The notes under the pieces were generated by a model. It was not told the DNA's origin and searched no databases. It saw only the letters and a program-made list of their open reading frames with translations. Positions 24,166-37,879 of a stretch of 60,979 nucleotides of DNA are shown here, in pieces. The DNA comes from Gekko japonicus (Eukaryota): assembly GCF_001447785.1 (NCBI RefSeq), contig NW_015160247.1, forward strand, positions 186,001-246,979, given 5' to 3'. The translations under genes were made by a program, and so were the position numbers. Each line of letters starts with the position of its first letter. The first letter of the stretch is position 1.

Positions 24166-25574
24166 CTAAAGAGAAGACGTGATATGTAAATAAACTGTGA
24201 CTAATTACAGACAAGTGGTAAACTATTTCTGTTCTTTCTGAGACTGACAACCACATTTAAAACTCACTTCTCCTCCAACCCACTACAACCCAGTGGCAGA
24301 CTCATTCCCTCTCCACCCCAGATTTATGTAGATATTATCACTGACCTGACCCTGTCCCCAAGTTCTTCCACTTAACATTTTGCACCCCCATGCATCTCAG
24401 TGAAGAGAGAAGCCTGCGTGGCTGAGAGCTTGGGAAAGCCTACCAAAGGCATTGGTGCATTTTCCATGACTAGGTAACTTAGTTAATGTTTCCGCACAGA
24501 ACCCCCCTGCACAGTTGTTCACAACATTTCTAAAATCAGACTCCACTGTTAGAAGGGAAACAAGCCTTTCACATTCGGTTATCCAAATACAGAACTCGCT
24601 CATGGGAGCAGCCACTGAACTGAACAATGTTAATGTGGATTCCCATATTGCGCTTGATAAGTGGGCCTGTTCCCCAGGCCTCCATGACCTGACAGGAGGG
24701 CCATCTACGGTGGAGCAGTGTCTTCACAGCAAGGTTCCAGGCTTTGGAATGACTTTCCTGAGGAGATCCAGAGCTAGTGCTCTTCCCACCTTTCAAAGAG
24801 GATAGCTCTTCTGGAAGCCCTTTGGAGATCGCTCTGAATTTGTTTTCTTGTTTGGTTGATGTTATTTATATTTAAATAAACAAACAGGTGTGTATCCAAA
24901 CATTTATCCCAATCTCTAAAAGTTTAAAAGTCAAGAGTACTTCTGAAGGCGATGACAAGCAAATTTCTAGGGAAATGGGTGAGTTGATACATTGACATTA
25001 CTCACCAAACAGTTAGACTATATTGAAAACCCATTCAGACTCTTCCAGAATGAAAACTGCTTATGAGGAATTGCTCACACTAAAAACGGTAATGCTTTTA
25101 TCCTGAAGTAAATGTATACCCGAGTTAATGATTTAATGGAATTTGCTAGGCCAGTTCTGACTATTTTCAGATGAAGACTCAGCATCTTCCTTTGGACCCA
25201 AAGAACCATCACTTAGATCCCCTTTGCATTCTTTGAGAAGTGTGGCTACTTCTATGGCTGTTGGCAGAGGGGTTTACTGTAAAGCAGGGTACACAACACA
25301 CAGCCTGGAGCTGTGTGTGACCCACCAACACATGTGCTGCAGCCTGCAAAAACCCCACCCACTTACTATTTCCTTTATTTACAAAATATACACCCCACCA
25401 TTCTGCCCTCATCAGGGCCATCAAGGCAGCTAACAGGTTAAAAACATACATAATAAATCACATCTTGAAAGCCATTTTAAAATAAACCATCACTTCATTA
25501 AAACAATTAAAACAAAAACACACATGCCCTGTAACATAAAAGTGGCAATTAAATCAGGGCGAGATCACTGAGGA

Positions 25575-26205
25575 AATGGGGTACAGGTGGACAGTAAGTT
25601 AAACATAGGCAGGCAGTGCGACGTAGCAACAAAAAGGGCTAATGTGATCTTGGGGTGTATCAACAGAGGCATAACATCCAAATTGCAAGACGTCACAGTC
25701 CCGCCGTACACCGCATTGGCCAGGCTGCACCTGGAGTATTGTGTACAGTTCTGGAGGCCTCGCTTCAAAAAGGATGGGGACAGAATGGAGCAGGTGCAGA
25801 GGAAAGGGTGATCAGGGGCCTGGAAACCAAGGAAAGGCTGAGGGACTTGGGAATGTTCAGTTTGGAGAAGAGGAGGTTGAGAGGGGGGGACATGATTGCT
25901 CTCTTTAAGTATCTGAAGGGCTGTCACTTAGAGACGGGCAGGGAGCTGTTGGCAGCAGAGGATAGGACTCACAATCATGGGTTTAAATTAAGGGCGGGAA
26001 GGTACCGGCTGGATATTAGGAAAGACAGTAAGAGTTGTTCAGCAGTGGAATCAGCTGCCTAGGGAGGCGGTGAGCTACCCCCAACTGGCAGTCTTTAAAC
26101 ACCGTCTGGACAAACACTTGTCAGGGATACTCTAGGCTGGTCCTGCATTGAGCAGGGGGTTGGACTAGATGGCCTGTATGGCCCCTTCCAGCTCTGTGAT
26201 TCTAT
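25575..26205 (+). mobile_element. CR1 LINE 3' fragment
   Basis: Translates to QCDVATKRANVILGCINRGI...RLHLEYCVQFW, then LGMFSLEKRRLRG; gattctatg tail. Confidence 0.92.
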
Positions 26206-26209
26206 GAAA

Positions 26210-26935
26210 TGCCAGATGAAAGGGAAAAAAACCTCTTCACCTGCTAGCAGAGAATGGCAACAGAATGGGGCAGGCCAAGTCTTCCTTGGGACAGAATTCC
26301 AGCGCTTTGGTGCCACAACCAAGAAGGCCCTCTCCAAGGTTGCTACCCACCTAATCCCAGAAGGTGGGGCAGCCCAAGCAGGGTCTTGGGAGATGACCAC
26401 ATGTGTCAGGTAGATTCATAAGGGAGCAGACAGTGGTTCAGGTATGCTGGTCCCAAGCCATGCAGGACTTTAGAGGTCACCACCAGCACCTTGAGTTGCA
26501 CCCAGAAACAGACGGGCAAAGACTGAAGGGACAAGGTCTCTACAACCATGCTAGTCAACATCCTGGCTGCAGCTTTCTACACCAACTGAAGTTTCTGAAC
26601 ACTTTTCAAGGTCAGCCCAACACAGAATGCTTTGCAGTGATCTAACCGGGGCAGGCACCACAGTGGCCAGACCCTTTCTGCCCAGGAAAGGCTGCAGTTT
26701 CCTAACCAGTCAAAAGCTGGGAAAAGGCACTCCTGGCTACAGCTGCAACAGCCTATCTAGCAGTAGGCCTGGGTCCAAGAGCCACCCCCACCCCACCCCG
26801 ACCATGAACCTGCTCCTTCAAGTCAACCCCATCCAGAATGGGCGACAGCTGAAATCCCAGGTCAGACCCTCTGCTTACTAGTAGCACCTCCATCTTGTCA
26901 GGATTAAGCTTCAGTTTATTAGTTCACATCCACAA
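26210..26935 (-). mobile_element. Decayed L2 LINE fragment
   Basis: RAFLVVAPKRWNSVP motif typical of the L2 ORF2 C-terminus. Confidence 0.7.
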
Positions 26936-27260
26936 CAAAACTGCCTCCACAACAAAACTACCTGGGAGTCAGCAGGTCTTACACAGCCAGTATTATTGCT
27001 CAACTTCATGGAGCAGCTCAACGACAGCAAGGCAGCTGCATGTTCATGAAACTGCACTACAAGAGCAGGGTGGCGAGTCTTAGGCCAAGAGTGCTGGCAC
27101 AGTGCAGTAGTTAAGGGTGTTGGATTAGTACTTGGGAGACCCGGCGTCGAATCACCACTTGTTCTGTGGAAGCTCACTGAGCAACCTTGGGCCAGTCATA
27201 CTCTCTCTGCCTAATGCTACCTCAAGGGGTTGGTGAGAGGATAAAATGGAGAACAATGTA

Positions 27261-27757
27261 TAGAATCATAGAGGTAGAAGGGATCTTCAGGGTCATCTAG
27301 TCCAACCCCCTGCACAATGCAGGAAATTTACAAATACCTCCCCCTCCACACCCACAGTGACAGCTGTTCCACGCCCAGAAGATGACAAAAAAAACCCCTC
27401 CAGGATTGCTTCCTGATCCCAAAGTGGCAATCAGCATTTTCCTGGGCGTGTAAGAAAGGGCCACAAGAGCTAAGCGCTGAGGCAACCCTTCCTGCCCTCC
27501 CTTCTCGTGATCTGCCTAAGTTCACACAATCAGCATTGCTGTCGGATGGCCCTCTAGCCTCTGTTTGAAAACCTCCAAAGGAGGAGAGCCCATCACCTCC
27601 CGAGGTACCACTTTAACTGTCAGGAAGTTCTTCCTAATGTTTAGCCGAAAACTCTTCTGATTTAATTTCAACCCTTTGGTTCTGGTCTGGCCTTCTGGGG
27701 CAACAGAAAACAGCTCCACACCATCCTCTAGATGACAGCCCTTCAAGTACTTGAAGC
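27261..27757 (-). mobile_element. CR1 LINE 3' fragment
   Basis: FKYLKGCHLEDGVELFSVAPEGQTR...FRLNIRKNFLTV; tagaatcataga tail. Confidence 0.88.
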
Positions 27758-28257
27758 TGCTTTGGGTTCCCATTGGGGAGAAAAGCAGGGTACAATTAAA
27801 TAAAATTAATTAATTAAATAAGTAAGTTGCCAGACAGCGCAGACACCCAGGAATTTTCCCCTTTCAAATACTAACAATGAAGCAGAGAGTCAAATTTCAG
27901 ACACTGAAACAGAGTAGAAGGTGAAGGCTTTATACCCCCTGTCCTGAGGCTGCATGAGTTCGCAATTCATACTTTTATCTACGGAATGAGATGGTGATCT
28001 TCATCTTATTTTGCTGGAGCCCTGAATACTGTCAAATCCCCACCATCTCAAAGGGCAAGTCCTGATGATGTCATAGAACAGGGCTTAGTGATGTCACACT
28101 TTTACAACTTGGCCCGCTTAACTCCACACAAGGTCAATTCTGGCCAATGTTTTTGTCTGCGTTGTGCACCCTGGTGTAAAATCTTCTGCTCAGGTGTCTC
28201 CTCTGTAGATGTATTATGTATACCATGCAAGCACTGCTCCTCTAGGGCCTGGGGATA

Positions 28258-28478
28258 GATCAAGATGGGTAGCTGTGTTAATCTGTCTGTAGCAGTAGAA
28301 AAGGATCCAGCAGCACCTTAAAAACTCACCAACTTTGTCGTAGGGTATGAACTTTCGCGAGTCACTGCTCACTTCTTCAGATGCCAAGAAGAAGTGAGCA
28401 GTGAATCATGAAAGCTCATACCCTACCACAATTTTTGTTAGTCTTTAAGGTGCTATGGGATTCTTGCTCTTTTCTACT
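28258..28478. mobile_element. Penelope-like terminal fragment as an inverted pair, with minimal hammerhead motif
   Basis: Arms ~28294-28379 and ~28388-28478 are inverted; minus strand 28384-28345 reads GCAT-CTGAAGA-A-GTGAG-cagtga-CTCGC-GAAA-GTTC-ATAC. Confidence 0.75.
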
Positions 28479-28710
28479 AATAACGGGAACGACTGAGCTG
28501 GAAGACTTCTCATACAACTAGCAGGATGGAAAGAAACATCAGGAGAGTCAAGTATGTGGCTGGAAGTCTTGCACTCAAGGGTTTTATAATTCTGAGGCTG
28601 GATGGTACTAATTTATATTACAAGTGTCCCGTTTAACAAACTTTAAGTTACAGGAATAGTCATGCCTCTTTCCCCACACCACCACCAAAAGGAAAAGAAA
28701 GAAAAATTAC

Positions 28711-28805
28711 TCGCTCAGTTTGCCAGCTAGTTCTTGGAGAGCTTCTTCTTGGTCATGACATAGATTTTTCAACTGCTTGTTTTTTTCCTGTAACTTCAGG
28801 AACTC
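28711..28805 (-). CDS. RUFY2: RUFY2 exon 15 (EFLKLQEKNKQLKNLCHDQEEALQELAGKLS)
   Basis: ttttaag|GAG ... GA|gtaatt, 95 nt. Confidence 0.92.
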
Positions 28806-29150
28806 CTTAAAAAAAACAGAATTAGGGATACCATTTATATGAGCTGCATATTATCAACAACTGGACAAATCAAAGGAGAAAGGCAAGGGTAAGGTAAACT
28901 ATACTACCATCTCATGGCTCTCTCCTGGTTACAATCTCTTCCTTATCAGTCACCAAAAGTCACAGCTGACTTATGAGTCACAGACCAAGCATGTGGAAAA
29001 ATAAACACCACGGCAACCTCTGACTACACCTCACTTTCCCCCCCCCAGACCCACACAAGTCTCTTATCTGAATGAGTAAACACACACTTCCTGATATCTG
29101 CAAAGCACTCTGAGTTGTGGTCATTTCACACAAGAAAAGTTAACACGCAG

Positions 29151-29678
29151 TAGGGTTGCCAGGTCCCCTCGTTGCTCTGGCAGGGGGGATTTGGGGGGGC
29201 CTTTCGGGGTGGGCAGGGATGCCCCCACGCCCCACCCCCAAGAGCGACCACCTGCCTGGCCACCCCTCTCCCTCCCCTCCCGCCTGATTTAAAGGGCTTC
29301 AGCTGATCAGCAGGGACCACGTGGCCCGCCGACCAGCTGGAGGGCCCTTTGAATCTAGCAGGAGGGAGGGAGAGGGGCGGTCATGGGCTGCATGCTTGGC
29401 TGGTAAAAAGATCAATGGGTATTTTTGTGAGCCGAGCCTGTGGCCCACAACCACCCCTCTCCCTCCCTCCTGCTAGATTTAAAGGGCCCTCCAGTAGGTC
29501 GGCGGGCCAGGTGGTCCCTGCAGATCAGATCACGCCCTTTAAATCGGGCAGGAGGGGAGGCTGTCTAGCTGGTTGCTCTTGGGGATGTGGCTTCTCCCAC
29601 TGGCCAGCTGGTCAGGGGCGGATTGAAGCCCCCAGAAGTGAGGGAACCCCCACCCAGACCTGGGGGCTGGCAACCCTC
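29151..29678. mobile_element. MITE with TAGGGTTGCCA termini and ~105-bp internal inverted repeat
   Basis: tagggttgccagg...ctggcaaccct; 29271-29377 is inverted at 29454-29560. Confidence 0.8.
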
Positions 29679-29965
29679 ACGTGAAATGTAGGGAAGCAGA
29701 CATTTTTTCAAAATCTCATCCCTAACCATACCAGATAATCAGCAAGTTCGCACAAGGAATAATAGAGGACATAATTGATAAGAACAAGCCAGACAGAAAA
29801 GGCAGATTGATGTCACACTGGTAAACATCCCCACTGACTAGCTAATGTAGGCCTTCACATTATAACAATACACTGGAATTAGGAGCGATCTGTGTATGAA
29901 ATAAACTATCAGATTACTAATACCAGAACAACAGTCCAGTTCTGTATGCAGCCACTTCAGCACAC

Positions 29966-30432
29966 TGTCAGCAAGCTGCCAAAAGTTCATTCTTGTCTAT
30001 ATGTTCCTCTATGCATCTTCCCCCCCCCTCTGTAGATGCGCTCAGCTTGTCATGCGCACATCTCTCCAGTAGCTCTGCATTCCTTTCAGTATACGCCAGC
30101 CATGCTTTGATGTAACGTTATCTAACTAAGGCCACAGGTGGAAGAGCAAGAGAGCTTTGCTTTGTCTTTAATTAGTAGAGACTGTGAGAATCGTATGCTT
30201 ATTTATAATAAGGTAGCCGTTGCTTTCCCAAGGTTTAAGCGCGCAAGAAACCCTTTGGCCGCGCGCGGGAACCATGTTTATTGGCTGTAATTATTATGAA
30301 TTTGCTTTAACCTTTCCAGCTCTCCGAGCTATCGTTATTCTGAACAGTGACCTGTTCAAGTGCTTCATGGCTTCAATAAAGTAAAACCTTCTTGCAAGTG
30401 TGTACTACGTTGTTTGCTGTGGGGACCTGACA
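29966..30432 (+). mobile_element. Solo LTR
   Basis: TGTCAG...CTGACA termini, internal AATAAA (~30375), 5-bp TSD CACAC; homologous to 49444-49937. Confidence 0.8.
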
Positions 30433-31616
30433 CACACACATTGCTTCTTTAGATCAGAGCTTTATCTACTTACACCAGTGAATGTTAGAAATCTGACAAA
30501 TGTTGACATTCACAGTGGAGATTTACAATTGTGACTTGTGAGTGTGTGAGATAGAGTGACAGAGACAAGTATTGAAAAGTGTATTTATTTTTGGCTGGGT
30601 TTGTCATTCCATTCCTACAAGAATGATTCCTGTCTCTGTCAACTAACTTTCCCCGTTTTTGCTTTACCAAGTTCAAAAATGTTTTGAGTACTACCATATA
30701 TATATTTAGACACTGCCTTCACCTCTATGCCCAGAAACTATCTCTTGATCCATGCTCACTCTCTACAGGTGTGTGTGTGAGACAGAAAAGACTATGGCAC
30801 ATGCCCCACCGTTGTTAGACCCATCGCCAGAGATTTGCTTAATTCCAAACCTGCCAATTTTCTGGGGAAACAGTAGATCATTTCTATTTAAACTAATTTT
30901 AAAACTTGGACTAACTAGGCATCACATAATCTTAATCCAGCACTACATTTTAAGGAAACACAAAGAGACAAATGGTGTAAGTAAACAAGTCTTTGTGAAA
31001 GCATGTTCAGCGTGTTGTATATGTAGATGTACAATTTTCTGTCCAGGTCTTAACTCCGTAGAAATCAGTTTTCCCAGTCTGCAGTACAAACTTGCTGTGC
31101 ACAGCAATGACTGGCTAGTGTTTATGGCATCACAATCCTCCCTTTCCCTCCCATCCCCAGAACAACTTTGCAGTATTCTATATAAAAGTACCCCCCCCCC
31201 AAGTAAGCAATCAGCACATATTGAAATGAATAAACATTTATGATGAGCTTGAAAACATTATGAAAAAGGCAGACACTGAATATTGGAGGAGAAGCAACTG
31301 AGTGGAGACTTATTCTTGTTTTGTGGGAGAAAAGAAATTACAATTAATTCCATTTAAAGGTACATCTATGTACTCCATGTGTTTTTACTGAATGGTTTTA
31401 CTCAATTTTGGTTTGGTTTAGTTCATGGGATGGGGTGGAACAGTAAATGAAATAAAGACAATAAATTTAAGATGCAAGTATTGACCTAACAAGCCTTAAA
31501 GCTTCATCCCATTGCTTTTCACTGTGGCTTTAGAAATTATACAATGCAGAACAGAAACTACGACTCCTACATCCTCTTCTTCTTGTTTCTCTGTAATGTC
31601 TGATGTTGTTTCCCCC

Positions 31617-31868
31617 TACGTTTGCCAGGTTCCTCCTCCCCCCCGGCCATCAGCGGGGTGTGGAAGGGCAGGGCTGCCAGCTCCAGGTTGGGAAACTCCT
31701 GGAGATTTGGGGGTGGAGCCTGGGGAGGGCAGGGACCTCCTCAGTGGGGTCCAGTGCCAGAGAGTTCGCCCTCCAAAGCATCCATTTTCTCCAGGGGATC
31801 TGATTTCTGTAGTCTGGAGCTGTAATTCCAGGGGATCCCCAGGTCTCACCTGGAGGCTGGCACCCCTA
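31617..31868. mobile_element. MITE of the GGGTTGCCA-terminus family (relatives at ~13100-13350, 13480-13590, 52836-53020)
   Basis: Shared core ccattttctccaggggaactgatctctg...cacctggaggctggcaaccct. Confidence 0.7.
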
Positions 31869-33611
31869 TTCCCCCCATAGCTAGTTGCAGAAGTTCTAAA
31901 TGCAGGGGAAACTTCTACATCTGACCGTGCTTCTCATGGGGGGGTGGGGGTGGCAGGAGAGTTCTGCTTTGGATCTTACATGGAGATCAGAAAAGACCAG
32001 CCTCACACACACACTTTCTCCTTCCCAGCCTCATGAAACATCAGAGATCAGAAAACACAAGCCTCACACACTTTTTCCTTCCCAGCCTGATGAAACATCA
32101 AAACCTACTGTCAAGAGACTGACTTCTTCCTCCTGTAAGCCTGGCCTCTTGAACCCACATAAAAGTACCCTGACTGGGAACTGCAACGAAAACTTTCAGA
32201 TAAATACAGCTCTTTCCCCTGGGGACTCTCCAGCAGTTCCCAGAGGGCTGGAAAGGCCGGGTGCCTCAGCACCCAGACAGAGTAATACAGCTGCCTATCG
32301 GCAATTATTCAGTGCACCGTTCCTTGCAGCCTTTTATCATGGTGGAATGTTATATTGTGCTTTTAAGGTGCAATCAAATAGCTTCCTGTTGGTTTGATAG
32401 CCTCTCTGAGTCTCAGGAGAGAAGGTGAGATCTGGATATTTTCAGTAAATACATCCAGTACCTTTTCTGACAGGTTCAGTAGCCTCCAACTGATCATAGT
32501 GTTTATTCTCTCAATAGTCTCTATGATATCCTTATAAAGTTGGTCAATAATATTACCCCCCATATTGCACACTTGGAACTAAGACAGCTGTAACAGAGAT
32601 CAGATTTTCATACGGTATTTCCTGATAAGAGAAACGGAAGTGTAACATAAGGCCCACAGATTGAGCCCTTGACTTTATATTAAAAGTATGGGGAAGGTAG
32701 GTACCCCCACAAACACACATGCAGTAAATTGTTTGTGCTGTTCCAAAGGAGGAGTGCCTCTAGCACCTGTCACTATATAGCAGGAGATGTAGTTATCTAA
32801 GCCAAAAACTGTATGGCCAACCTCCATGGGAAACAACTTCTGAACAGAGTGGCATTTTTCAAAGCAGTTTGTAACCCTCATATACGGCATCAAACACACA
32901 AACAAACAACCAAACAAAAAGGTCCCCCTCAATGTGAGCAGGTTCTTTGGAATGTCTAAAGCATCCATTTAGATTACAGACAATCTATTTAATGATCTTT
33001 CCCTGTATTTTAGGGATCAGAAATGCAGTCTGCACTTTCCCCCTTATAACTGCAAGAAAAGGGCTAGAGACTTATTTTTTTAAAAAAAAATGAAAGGTGG
33101 GAACAAGGAGACAACAGATTATAATAACATTACAGTCATCTAGCAGTCTGTGATCCAGAAGAAGAGAGAAGTTAAATTAAAACATTTTCTGTAATGAAAT
33201 TTGACTTGATTCCTTTGCATTTAAAAAAACACTCCATGCAAATAGAAAACCAACACACCAGAGATAAAGGTGCTACCTATGGTTACCTATGGTTACCAAC
33301 CTCAAGGTGGGTCCTGAAATTCTCCCAGAATTACAAATAAAACTTGACTTGATTCTGTTTTCACTTATAATGTTTAAATCTTTCTTAAAATACAGTTTAA
33401 AAGAATTCATTCTGAGATTCTTACAAGGCTATGGTAATGATATTCTAAAAGACTAATTTATGCAATAGTCAAATGTAGGCACACTCATGACTTAATTCTT
33501 TGGTTCACAAAGTTGAATTTTTACGCACGACATTCCACAGCTTACAGGGAACATTGGTTGGAAGCATATTTGCAGTTTCACTCATATAGTGATAAAGGTG
33601 AATATATATAC

Positions 33612-35070
33612 TTTATTTATTTATTTAAAACATTTCTTAACTGCCTTTTTTCCTCACAGACAGCTTAAAACATAGATAGAACACATAACATAAAATACAT
33701 TAAAAACAGAAGAACCAAAATTTAAAATCCCCACTCAGGATTCCAGTAAACTTAACCAAATGCAGTCCTAAATAAAACTGCCTCCTAAAGACCGAAAATG
33801 AGGGGGCCAGCCGCATCTCCCTGGGGAGGTTGTTCCATAATCGTGGGGCTGCTACTGAAAATAGCCTCACTTGTATACCCACCAGGCAAGCTTTTTTGAT
33901 TGATGGGACAGTCAGCAGGGCCTCTCCCCATGATCTTAATTCCAGGGAAGGAATTAACATTTGGGGGGCATATTCCACTCATGAGGGTCCTTCAACAGGA
34001 GAGAGTAGAAAATAAAGGAGGGGAGAAAGACCCCGGGAAGGCCACTGATCTCTTTAACCGTCACTGTCCTCGACCATATGCCCAGCAGAACATCTCAGTC
34101 CCACAGGGCCCAGACCTCACTGGGGAGAGAGTTCCACCAGGATGGGGCCAACAAGGCCCTGGCCGAGGACTGCCAGACCATTTTGGGACCAGGGACTACC
34201 AGAAAGTTGGTACCAACTGAGCGTAATACTCTCTGAGGGACATATAAAAAAGGAAGAGGTGGTCCCGCAGGTATGATGCTCCTAGACCATTTAGGGCTTT
34301 AAAGATAAGTACTAGAACCTAGAACTTGATTTGGTATTCCAGAGCAGCTGATAGAGCACAGGTCGTATATGAGCTCTCAAGGGAGTCCCCGTAAGGACCC
34401 TCACAGCTGCATTCTGGACCAGGTGAACTTTATGGAGCAAGTTCAAGGGCAGCTCTGCATAGAGCGAGTTGCAGTAGTCCAATCTAGAGATGACTGTTGC
34501 GTGGATAACTGTAGCTAGGTCGGCACGGGACAGGTAGGGGACCAGCTGCCGGGCTTGGCGAGGATGAAAGAATGCTATCCTGGCTGTATTTGTGACCTGT
34601 GCCTCCGAAGTAAGAGAGGCATCAAGAGTCACACCCAAACTCCTGGCAGAGGAAGCCGGCACCAGCTGTACCCCATCCGGAGTGGGAGGCTGAAACCCCG
34701 GCCTCGCCCCCCCCCCAAACCCAGTCACAGGACCTCCATCTTCAATAGGTTCAGCTGCAGGCAACTCTGTTTTAACCATCCCACCATGGCCCCGAACAAT
34801 TGGTCAGATCTTCTGGGGTGGTATATCTGGTCGGCTGTCCATTAACAGATATAGCTGGGTGTCATCAGCATATTGATGGCACCCTAGCCCAAACCTCCTG
34901 ATGAGCTGGGTGAGGGTGCACATACAGATGCTGGAAAGCATTGGGGAGAGGATTGCCCCCTGTGGGATGCCGCACACCAATGGGTGTCATGAAGAAACCC
35001 TCTCCCCAAGCGCCACCCTCTGTGCCCACCCTTTGAGCAATGAGCACAGCCACTGTAAGGCAGTCCCACG
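33612..35070 (-). mobile_element. L2 LINE fragments (RT domain and C-terminus)
   Basis: YADDTQL at ~34850-34872; RSLGVTLDASLT...ISRLDYCNSLY; RLFSVAAPRLWNNLP; (TAAA)n tail at ~33612-33627. Confidence 0.88.
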
Positions 35071-35267
35071 TATTCCAGTAGATTCAGACCTCATGGACAC
35101 GGACAGAATGACCTTCTGTCTGTCAGAAGAACTGGACTCAGCAGTAAGAATTTCACTCCCTAGCAGACAAGAGGTGTCTAAAAAGCAGAACTTTCTAGGG
35201 AGGGAATGCATCCCCCCCTCCCTGTCCAAATGCCCTGTCGTTGGTCAAGGCTTAAGGTTTTAAGACC

Positions 35268-35482
35268 CTGACTGGGATAGCCCAGGCTAGTCCAGTCTTC
35301 TCAGATCTTGGAAGCTAAGCAGAGGTGGCCCTGGTTAATACTTGGATGGGAGACCACCAAGAAAGTTCAAGGTTGCTACACACAGGCATGCAATGGCAAA
35401 CCACCTCTGTTCACCTCTTGCCTCAAAAACCATACACGGTTGCCATAAATTGGCTGCAACTTGATGACACTTTCCACCACCA
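35268..35482 (+). mobile_element. 5S rRNA-derived SINE (copies on minus at ~43017-43222, 47812-47924, 51745-51876, and split around the LTR at 49415-50105)
   Basis: Head gatcttggaagctaagcag...ctggttaatacttggatgggagacc resembles 5S rRNA, followed by a non-5S tail ending (cca)n. Confidence 0.8.
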
Positions 35483-36583
35483 AGGTTTTAGAATTCTCTT
35501 AAGGACCCTTTGCCCCAAAGCAGCTTCTGCAATGACCAAAGTGTCTTTTCATAGTTTGCAGAGATTTAAACGGAGGCCCAAGGAGCAGACTTACAAATTT
35601 CCTCCAAGAGAAACCCCCTAACCATTCCCCCTGCCAAAGCAGGTACTGCTGCTCCTTCACCAAAGAAACCAGAATACCTTCAGATAATAAAGGATGGAAA
35701 TGCACCTTCTTCTCCAAGGATGTAAGATTAAAGGAAATGACAGATTCCTGGATTATGTGTTTTATGATGCCATCCTAAGAAGAGTTATACCCTTCTAAGT
35801 CTATCAAATTAAGTGGGCTTAGAATGACATTGGCTAGCATAGCCAATATAGAGTTTGAGAGCTTGGCATACATCCAAGCAGTGCCCATCCCTATTCCTTA
35901 GGTGTAGCCAGGTAAGGACAGAAGGAAGGGAGCAGCAGTTCTCACACCCTGTGAAAATTTGAATTTATCTTCAGACTAAAGAGAGGAGCTGGCTAGAGAA
36001 TACCCCTCTGGAAAATGAACAAATCCCCCCCCCCAAAAAAAAGTCCTTGAAGCTCAAAATGTCCTTGAAGCTAACAAGAACAGAGCCTTAAGAGTCAGGA
36101 TCTACAGAGAGAGCTCCCAGAGGTTCAAAGGATTGTGAGGGATTCCCAGGACTACACCTAGACTCTCTACAGGAATACAACAAACTGGTTGAGGCAAAAT
36201 CAGAGAGGCAGGTGGGAGGAATGTTTTTATGTAGGAGATGTAAAGAGAGGGCAAGGCCTCCAGTTCTTCACAGTTATGCCTGGGAGAGAAGACCCTGGTT
36301 TCCTTAAGAGATTAGGTCAGAGACTTGCTCACCTGTCAGAAACAGCAGAATGCCACATACTGAAGTTGTGAGAGTGGGCTTGCCTGATGAGCCTTTCACC
36401 TGTTGGGAGAGCTTTCATGATGCCAGAAGAAAGGCAATCATCCAGGGCAAACGTACTATCACAACGGTGTCTGCCTCTCAGCTCCCAGGCGATCAACTGG
36501 AATATTCATGCTCTTAAGGGGAAAAGAATCCAATATCTCTGGATGAGGTTAACTCACATTCACATCCACATTCACAGGCATGA

Positions 36584-36785
36584 AACCTCTGAATCCCAGA
36601 GCCAGGAGGCAACATCAGGGGAAAACCTCAGCCTCTATGCCCTGTTGTTGGCCCTCCAGAGGAACTGGTTGGCCACTATGTGAGACAGGATGCTGGACTA
36701 GATGGACCAGATGGACTAGATGGACCAGATGGACTAAATGGACCAGATGGTCTGATCCAGCAGGGCTCTTCTTATGTCCTTATGA
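36584..36785 (+). mobile_element. CR1 3' end with internal 9-bp tandem expansion (tggacYaga)x6
   Basis: tggactagatggaccagatggactagatggaccagatggactaaatggaccaga at ~36694-36747; cttatgtccttatg tail. Confidence 0.7.
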
Positions 36786-37486
36786 GGCCAGAGCTCTTTA
36801 ACTGAAACGGCTACATGGTCAGAGAATAAAATTCTCAGGTGATGTTAAGATGCACAGACTTTGTTCCAGTTCTTGTTTTCTGAAGGAGAGGGAAAGCACA
36901 GCCAGCATCACTGCAGAGCATCAACCAGAGACATTCAGAGTTCTTTCAACCTACTTCCAGACCTTTTGGGTCATTTGCTCATGTTTACAGTGAACAGCTC
37001 CAGTATCAGCACTGCAACCCCAACCGTTGTCTGAATGAATAGCGCCCACTATCTCTAAGGTATGCTCTGCCTTTCCAGCCATCCTGCTCTCAAAATTAAC
37101 CGATATGGATTTGAGCCACTTCTCTGCCAAGTACTTGGCCTAGCTCAGATGTCAGGGGCTAAGGATATGGCCTCCATCTGTATGGCCACAACCTGTGACA
37201 CATTAACCAGGAGTACGGCAGTAAGAGAGTTCCCTTTAAGGCCATCTTTTGAGTGGTCTGATGAACTCCAACATGGCAGGAAGCTTACTGGTCCACATGA
37301 AGGCAGCCCTGGCTTTTGACAGATAAGAACTGACATCCATCTATTTTTATCCATATTTGGATTATGAGTTGCCAACACCATCTCCATCCTTAATTAACTC
37401 CTTCCCTGGGCAGGATGGCTACTTTGTATTCCCCAATACTCAGTCCTAGTCTGAGGAAAACTGGGGTTCTTAGTCTTGGCTACAGC

Positions 37487-37879
37487 CAGGGGTCATTTCC
37501 TGCAGGAGCGCACAGGAGCGGAGCTCCGGCAGTAAAGAGCCCAGGGGGCGGGCACATGCAACAAGCCCCACCCCCTGCTCCCAGCAGCCCTCAGACAGAG
37601 CAAGAAGCAGCCAGGTAAGTTGCAGAGCCCCCCACCCCAAAACAGTCCACTGGCACCTTTAAGACCAAGTTTTATTCAGGTACAAACTCTCCCTCCTTTA
37701 TGAGGGCATATCTGCACATTCCCCCCCCCCCAACAGCTAGCAATCCAAAACAGTCCAGTGGAGCCTGAGCGGTGGGTGTTGCCTTCTGCCACACTTCCGG
37801 TGATGTCAGGGGGTGTGGCATATGCAAATAAGTTGTGCTAATGAGCTCCTGCACCTCTTTTTCTACGAAATGACCCCTG
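37487..37879. mobile_element. hAT-type MITE with 12-bp TIR and 8-bp TSD
   Basis: CAGGGGTCATTT / AAATGACCCCTG; TSD GCTACAGC at 37479-37486 and 37880-37887. Confidence 0.9.

Noticed and set aside
30752-32397. 163-aa and 165-aa plus-strand ORFs as a nested gene
   Set aside because: No domain similarity or exon structure; they span low-complexity and repeat sequence, including a ~60-bp tandem repeat at ~31983-32100
35268-35380. 5S rRNA gene
   Set aside because: Diverged from 5S, fused to a non-5S tail and present as several dispersed copies, so it is a SINE head
36694-36747. (WTR)n repeat peptide or CRISPR-like array
   Set aside because: 9-bp slippage inside a CR1 3' UTR; no spacers; eukaryotic context
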